Source: Octopus sinensis
Taxonomy: Eukaryota
DNA length: 40,325 nucleotides
Direction of reading: 5' to 3'
Assembly (NCBI RefSeq): GCF_006345805.1
Contig: NW_021831952.1
Coordinates: 1 to 40,325 of the forward strand
Position 1 is the stretch's first letter. Every line of letters starts with the position of its first letter. The position numbers and the translations under genes were made by a program. A model generated the notes under the pieces. That model did not search any database. It was not told the DNA's origin and was given only the letters and a program-made list of their open reading frames with translations. This document shows positions 35,206 to 40,325 of this stretch, piece after piece.

Positions 35206-35250
35206 GAAGAGCTTGAGACTCTTCTGAGGTTTAGATCTGCTTGCAATTAG
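35206..35250 (+). CDS. candidate terminal exon (EELETLLRFRSACN*) or 23-nt micro-exon
   Basis: TACTAAT branch-like motifs, ~30-nt pyrimidine tract and TTCAG|G; ~770 bp of unique sequence follows with AATAAA at 35939 and ~35974. The frame is unknown. Confidence 0.35.
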   Translation, partial: EELETLLRFRSACN

Positions 35251-36027
35251 CATGTATCCATGAGAAATGCAATTGGCTCATGTTTAATGAGTTGCGCCCA
35301 TGTTCTAATTGACGTTGTATTTTGCAACTCTTCGTTTTTCATGCGTTCAGCGGAAGACACAAATCGGATGATCATAGCTAATATTAAAACTGATGCTATC
35401 ATTCACTCGTGTGTGCGCGCGCGCGAGTGTGTGTGTGTGTGTGTGCTTGTGTAGAAATTTTTTAATTGCTTTTCAACACATGCTTAGCATGTGTTTAGTT
35501 AAGTTTGTAGTTTATTTAGCTACCTGACTTGTAAAACAAACTTTGAACTTATTCGTTGAAAATCACCGTAAACTTTAAAAACAAACCAGTTGAAATGTAA
35601 TCTGTCTTTCATACACAGAACAAACAAGAATACCAAAAACAGCTGAGGGGAAATTCATTTTCTAAGGAGTTTTTAAGCTCAGCTTAAATAAATAGAAATT
35701 AGAAACTGAAGGTTTCTGTGAAATTTACTCTGCAAAAAGTCATTTTGTGGCATTTCCTTTCTAAAAGATATAAATATTCTCACATTTGTCATTTGTGAGT
35801 GTTATGAATAAGTTAAAGCAACAGGTGATTTCTGATCCAGGATAGCTAAACTAGCACGACTTTTGCTATGCTTTCCCATCATCGGGTAAATCACCCCATT
35901 TCACTCGGTAAAGATCAACTAATTTAAAAGAAAATGTAAATAAAACTTTGCAGAAATTCTGGGGAAAATTATCAATAAATTTTAAAATATGTTTTACAAT
36001 TTTTAGCTACTTTTATTGTATTCTTTT

Positions 36028-36510
36028 GTACTATAGGTACAAGGCTAGAAATTTTGGGGGTTGGGGTGAGGGCAGTCGATTAGATCGACCCCACTACGGA
36101 AGTGGTACTTAATATCGACTCTGAAAGGATGAAAGGTAAAGTCGACCTCGGTGGAATTTGAACTCAGAACGTAAAGACAGACGAAATACCTATTTCTTTA
36201 CTACCCACAAGGGGCTCAACAGGGAGGACAAACAAGGACAGACAAACGGATTAAGTCGTTTATATCGACCTCAGTGCGTAACTGGTACTTAATTTATCGA
36301 CCCCGAAAGGATGAAAGGCAAAGTCGACCTTGGCGGAATTTGAACTCAGAACGTAAAGACAGACGACATACCTATTTCTTTACTACCCACAAGGGGCTAA
36401 ACACAGAGGGAACAAACAAGGACAGACACATGCATTAAGTCGATTATATCGACCCCAGTGCGTAACTGGTACTTATTTAATCGACCCCGAAAGGATGAAA
36501 GGCAAAGTCG
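36028..36510 (-). mobile_element. SINE family A trimer, 5'-truncated, period 182 bp
   Basis: Junctions at 36190/36191 and 36372/36373; the terminal unit has tail 2 and the inner units have tail 1. Confidence 0.9.
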
Positions 36511-36562
36511 AACTATACTCCAGTCGTGCCTATCACGTCTAAATATTATAAGCATAAATAAG

Positions 36563-36762
36563 ACGGCAAACTTGGGAAAATCATTAGCATGTCGACGAAA
36601 TGCTTAGCAGCATTTCTTTCGGTTCATTACCTTCTGAGTTCAAATTCCGCCGTGGTCGACGGTGTCTTTCGTCATTTTGGGTCGATGATATGAAGCAGTG
36701 GGGGCCGATGTAATCGCCTGCTCTCTCCTCTCAGAACTGCCGGGCTTGGGCCAAAATTAGAA
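36563..36762 (+). mobile_element. old SINE family A
   Basis: cgaaatgcttagc...tctgagttcaaattccgccgtggtcgac. Confidence 0.75.
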
Positions 36763-37317
36763 TATTATATGACTTATGCTCCCGTGGCTTTTATGGGCTT
36801 TTCCACCAGGAATCTTTCGTAACGCACACACCCCCCTATTGGGAGTTTTTCGTTGTTATAAATTTTCGTTGTTACACAGTTTTTACACGGTTTTTTACAA
36901 ACGGACAAAACCCTTTGTAACTTTCGTCCTGTGTTTTGTCCCTTTATGTTATAATTAATTTTTGTCAGCCCTTGTGGCCAATAAAAGAATTAATTATTAT
37001 TATTATTATTATTATTATTATGAAAACAATTAAGCTGTAAAACGAGGGAGATTTGACTGGTATTTCTTGCAGGTCGAGCGTGAAATAATAAAGTGTATTT
37101 ATTTACAAGATGTGAATGGATCACTCAACAGGCACACGAAAGAAAATACAAGCTTAAAAAAATAAACAAGTAGGCCATTAGTTATAACAGCTGAATTAAT
37201 CTCTAGGAAAAGGGGAAAAAAACCAAAACAAAACAACGTGTGGGTGAGGACAGCCAAATTATCTGACGAGAGAGCCTCTACGGGGTCGTTGGAACTAAAA
37301 TAATAAGGGCTTCTCAT

Positions 37318-37523
37318 TTAGGCACAGGGGTAGCTTTTTTTTGAGGGGAGGGTGCAAGTTGATACTATGGACCCAGTACTTGGCTGGCATTGAAATTTAT
37401 CGACCCCGAATGAATGAAAAAGGCAAAGTTCACTGCAGCCGTATTTGAATTCAGAATGCCTTGAACCGGAAGAAATGTTTCTAAGCATTTCGTCCGATAC
37501 ACTAAAGATTCTGCCATCTTGCC
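37318..37523 (-). mobile_element. old SINE family A, tail type 2
   Basis: tttatcgaccccgaa...aggcaaagt...ctaagcatttcg. Confidence 0.75.
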
Positions 37524-37571
37524 AATAATAATAATAATAATAATAAAAATAATAATAATAATTATAATAAT

Positions 37572-37780
37572 CCTTTCTGCTATAGGCACAAGGTCTGAAA
37601 TGTTTTGAGGGAGGGGATTTGTGGATTACATCGACTCCAGTTTTCAATTGGTACTTAATTTATCGACCCCGAAATGGATGAAAGGCAAAGTCGACTTAGG
37701 CGGGATTTGAACTCGGAAGGTAAGGACGGACGAAATGCCGCTAAGCATTTAGTCCGACGAGCTAACGAATGCCAGCTCAT
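37572..37780 (-). mobile_element. SINE family A, tail type 2
   Basis: ataggcacaagg...ggtacttaatttatcgaccccg...gctaagcattt. Confidence 0.85.
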
Positions 37781-38033
37781 TAGTAATAAAGACACCACGT
37801 AGTACAATAGTCACTGTTGAATTTATTTCCTCTTGCTTGAAGGTTTTTTAGTCACACTTATGACTCATCAACAATATCGCTAAACTAACTTAACGCCCGT
37901 CAAGCGATCTGTAAGTTAATACTCATATCTGTGTGATGAGTTTGAAGCAGGTCAGTAAAGTACCTTGTGCATGAAAACAACCCAACCACGATCTTAGTGG
38001 CAGTCCAGTTGGGTAGCCATATTGGCTGTACAC

Positions 38034-38265
38034 AAGGCGAGCTGGCAGAAACGTTAGCACGCCGGGCGAAATGCATAGCCGTATTTCGTCTGCCGTTACG
38101 TTCTGAGTTCAAATTCCGCCGAGGTCGACTTTGCCTTTAATCCTTTCGGGGTCGATAAATTAAGTACCAGTTACGCACTGGGGTCGATGTAATCGACTTA
38201 ATACCTATGTCTGTCCTTGTTTGTCCCCTCTATGTTTAGCCCCTTGTGGGTAATAAAGAAAAAAA
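38034..38265 (+). mobile_element. young SINE family A with 15-bp TSD
   Basis: TSD atattggctgtacac at 38019-38033 and 38266-38280. Confidence 0.97.
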
Positions 38266-38550
38266 ATATTGGCTGTACACGCCTTCTCAAAATTAAATAC
38301 TTTTGGTTAAAATGCAATTGAATTATGTAATCCAAATTTGGTCTGGAAAAGACTGACCAGCTGTGACCAGAACACAAAGAGCAAGATTTTTTTTTATCTT
38401 GCTTTGACTTACTGGACACGGCAGTCACGTTTGATTTCATTATACCTCACTGTCTTTCATGAAAAAGACAGTTAAGGTCATAACTAGAACGGCTTTCATT
38501 ACAGCTCTGCTTTCACAGAACAAACATGGGATCAAACAACATCTAATATT

Positions 38551-38719
38551 GAGTTCAAATTCCGCCGAGGTCGACTTTGCCTTGCATCCTTTCGGGGTCG
38601 ATTAAATAAGTACCAGTTACGCACTGGGGTTGATATAATCGACTTAATCCGTCTGCCTGTCCTTGTTTGTCCTCTCTGTGTTTAGTCCCTTGTGGGTAGT
38701 AAAGAAATAGGTATTTCGT
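38551..38719 (+). mobile_element. SINE family A unit from the B box through the multimer junction
   Basis: gagttcaaattccgcc...ggtagtaaagaaata|ggtatttcgtg. Confidence 0.9.
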
Positions 38720-38890
38720 GTGGAACCGGTAATATTTCTTAGTAATATTAATTTATACCGAAAAAAATATATATAGTGAATATAATAAAAGTCGACAATT
38801 TTTTAAATCTTATATTTATTTTGTAAACAAATAATACAATATTACATAAGCATTTTGTAATGTTGGTTTCTTTTGTGGAGACTCATCGCG

Positions 38891-38942
38891 TACCAGCAGC
38901 GGACTGGCACCGGTCCGCGGACCACCACTTTGTGTAGCACTG
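38891..38942 (-). mobile_element. hAT-like MITE terminus
   Basis: Minus strand cagtgctacacaaagtggtggtccgcggaccggtgccagtccgc. Confidence 0.55.
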
Positions 38943-39822
38943 GTTTAACTTGTTAGAGAAAGATACTAGATTCAATTTAAATCACGCCCTAATATCTCAA
39001 GGCAAAAGAAAAGTGGGTACAATTTAAATAATATTGATGCTTAGTCTGAAAAGCTGCGAGGATCCATGATTGCATAGTTTTGATGTGTACACTCTCACAC
39101 TATTATTATATCAAGTTTTGTCGGTGGGGGCTTGACAATACTCAGTTGCAGTGTCTTTCTATACCGGCGTGAAGTAGCACACACTTCATCAGACTCTAAC
39201 TACAGTTAAATAAACGAAGGGCATAAAAAGGAACAAACAGGTGTTATTATTTCCAAAGAGTATGACAAGCAAATTCAAAGACTTAATCTTCCGTGACACG
39301 CGGCAAAACTAGGTTAGCGTTATCAGAGAGCCGACACTGACGGGTTTTTTTTCATTCGTGGAAACTATTTCCTTCATCTATTGTCGTTCATTACTTCAGA
39401 TAAAAGACAAAAAAAAAAAAAAAACGTCACTACGTCGCCATTTTCATTTAAACATAAGAAATACGATGATCACTTACTCCTCGTCAAAAACGAATTTATC
39501 ATCATAATTTAAATCACTAGAAATGTATTCCTGTTTCTCAATGGATTACGCATACGTTCACACACATGTTCACACGTTTCCTTCCTACGATTCCACTCGG
39601 ACAACAAAAGCTGAACAAAAGCAAGTTTAGTCATATGAAGTAGTCACACTCCTTGTGGTGTCTATTTCTCGAGTTACTTTAACTTAACAGCAATAATCAT
39701 TGAATAATTAGGTTTGGTTCCTGCCGCTTCCATTCTTTTCCACTTTATTTTTAAAACACACACACACACACACGGCCTCACGTTTAGTTTGATCAACTGA
39801 TCCATCGACTGACTGAGCGAGT

Positions 39823-40204
39823 GGATGGAAGCACTCCGTCGGTCACGACGACGAGGGTACTGGTTGATCCGAATCAACGGAACAGCCTGCTCGTGAAATT
39901 AACGTGTAAGTGGCTGAGCACTCCCCAGACACGTGTACCCTTAACGTAGTTCTCGGGGATATTCAGCGTGACACAGAGAGTGACAAGGCCGGCCCTTTGA
40001 AACAGGTACAACAGAAACAGGAAGTAGAGTGAGAGAAAGTTGTGGTGAAAGAGTACAGCAGGATCACCACCATCCCCTGCCGGAGCCTCGTGGAGCTTTT
40101 GTGTTTTCTCGCTCAATAAACACTCACAACGCCCGGTCTGGGAATCGAAACCGCGATCCTACGACCGCGAGTCCGCTGCCTTAACCACGGGCCATTGCGC
40201 CTCC
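39823..40204 (-). mobile_element. SINE family C1 (tRNA-derived head), full length with 13-bp TSD
   Basis: TSD tgactgagcgagt at 39810-39822 and 40205-40217; head GGAGGCGCAATGGCCCGTGGTTAAGG...GGTTTCGATTCCC. Confidence 0.95.
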
Positions 40205-40325
40205 TGACTGAGCGAGTATTCCACAGGTTACACCTATATTTAATGAATGTAATCTTCAAGCAGAAAGAGAGAGACGTGACAAGATGTAGATGTCCTTTCA
40301 AATTATGTAGTTCACCAAACGATCT

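Noticed and set aside
36028-36510. Regularly spaced repeats as a CRISPR-like array
   Set aside because: Whole 182-bp units are homologous with no unique spacers; the context is a eukaryotic SINE.
5801-38440. Recurrent similar short ORFs (e.g. RPRKDERQSRPRRNLNSER, MPRSGTEPGTMW)
   Set aside because: These are SINE A and B sequences read in frame, not a gene family.
40135-40204. tRNA gene
   Set aside because: A and B boxes are present, but there is no proper acceptor stem, and the head is continuous with a TSD-bounded SINE body.

Overview
AT-rich, repeat-saturated eukaryotic DNA, most likely intronic or intergenic sequence from an octopus-type (coleoid cephalopod) genome; this is inferred from recognising the SINE families, not from a search. 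No protein-coding gene can be identified with confidence. Every long ORF in the track is either a microsatellite artefact (C/V- or H/T/Y-rich) or a SINE translation. The window contains about 30 copies or fragments of tRNA-derived SINEs in three main types: family A (Meta/MESC-like core, sometimes in ~180-bp tandem multimers), family B (CORE-like, ~400 bp) and family C (two bodies sharing one 3' tail). It also holds piggyBac-, mariner- and hAT-type MITEs, a non-autonomous Helitron, and two large compound CA/TG arrays. The most interesting signal is a set of short inserts in (TA)n tracts that look like Penelope-like (PLE) pseudo-LTR derivatives carrying type I hammerhead ribozyme motifs. One is complete and near canonical (10861-10911, minus), one has a variant core inside a foldback (34975-35010), and one is a 3' half inside a ~100-bp-arm foldback (3642-3863). 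Also notable are a 62-bp-arm hairpin at 24.9 kb, closely spaced inverted SINE pairs (candidate ADAR substrates), and an RFX X-box overlapping an ATG just before a strong minus-strand splice donor at 26.3 kb. Scattered candidate micro-exons occur on both strands and cannot be resolved without RNA-seq or homology. Repeat boundaries are approximate to about 10 bp unless a TSD or TIR is stated.
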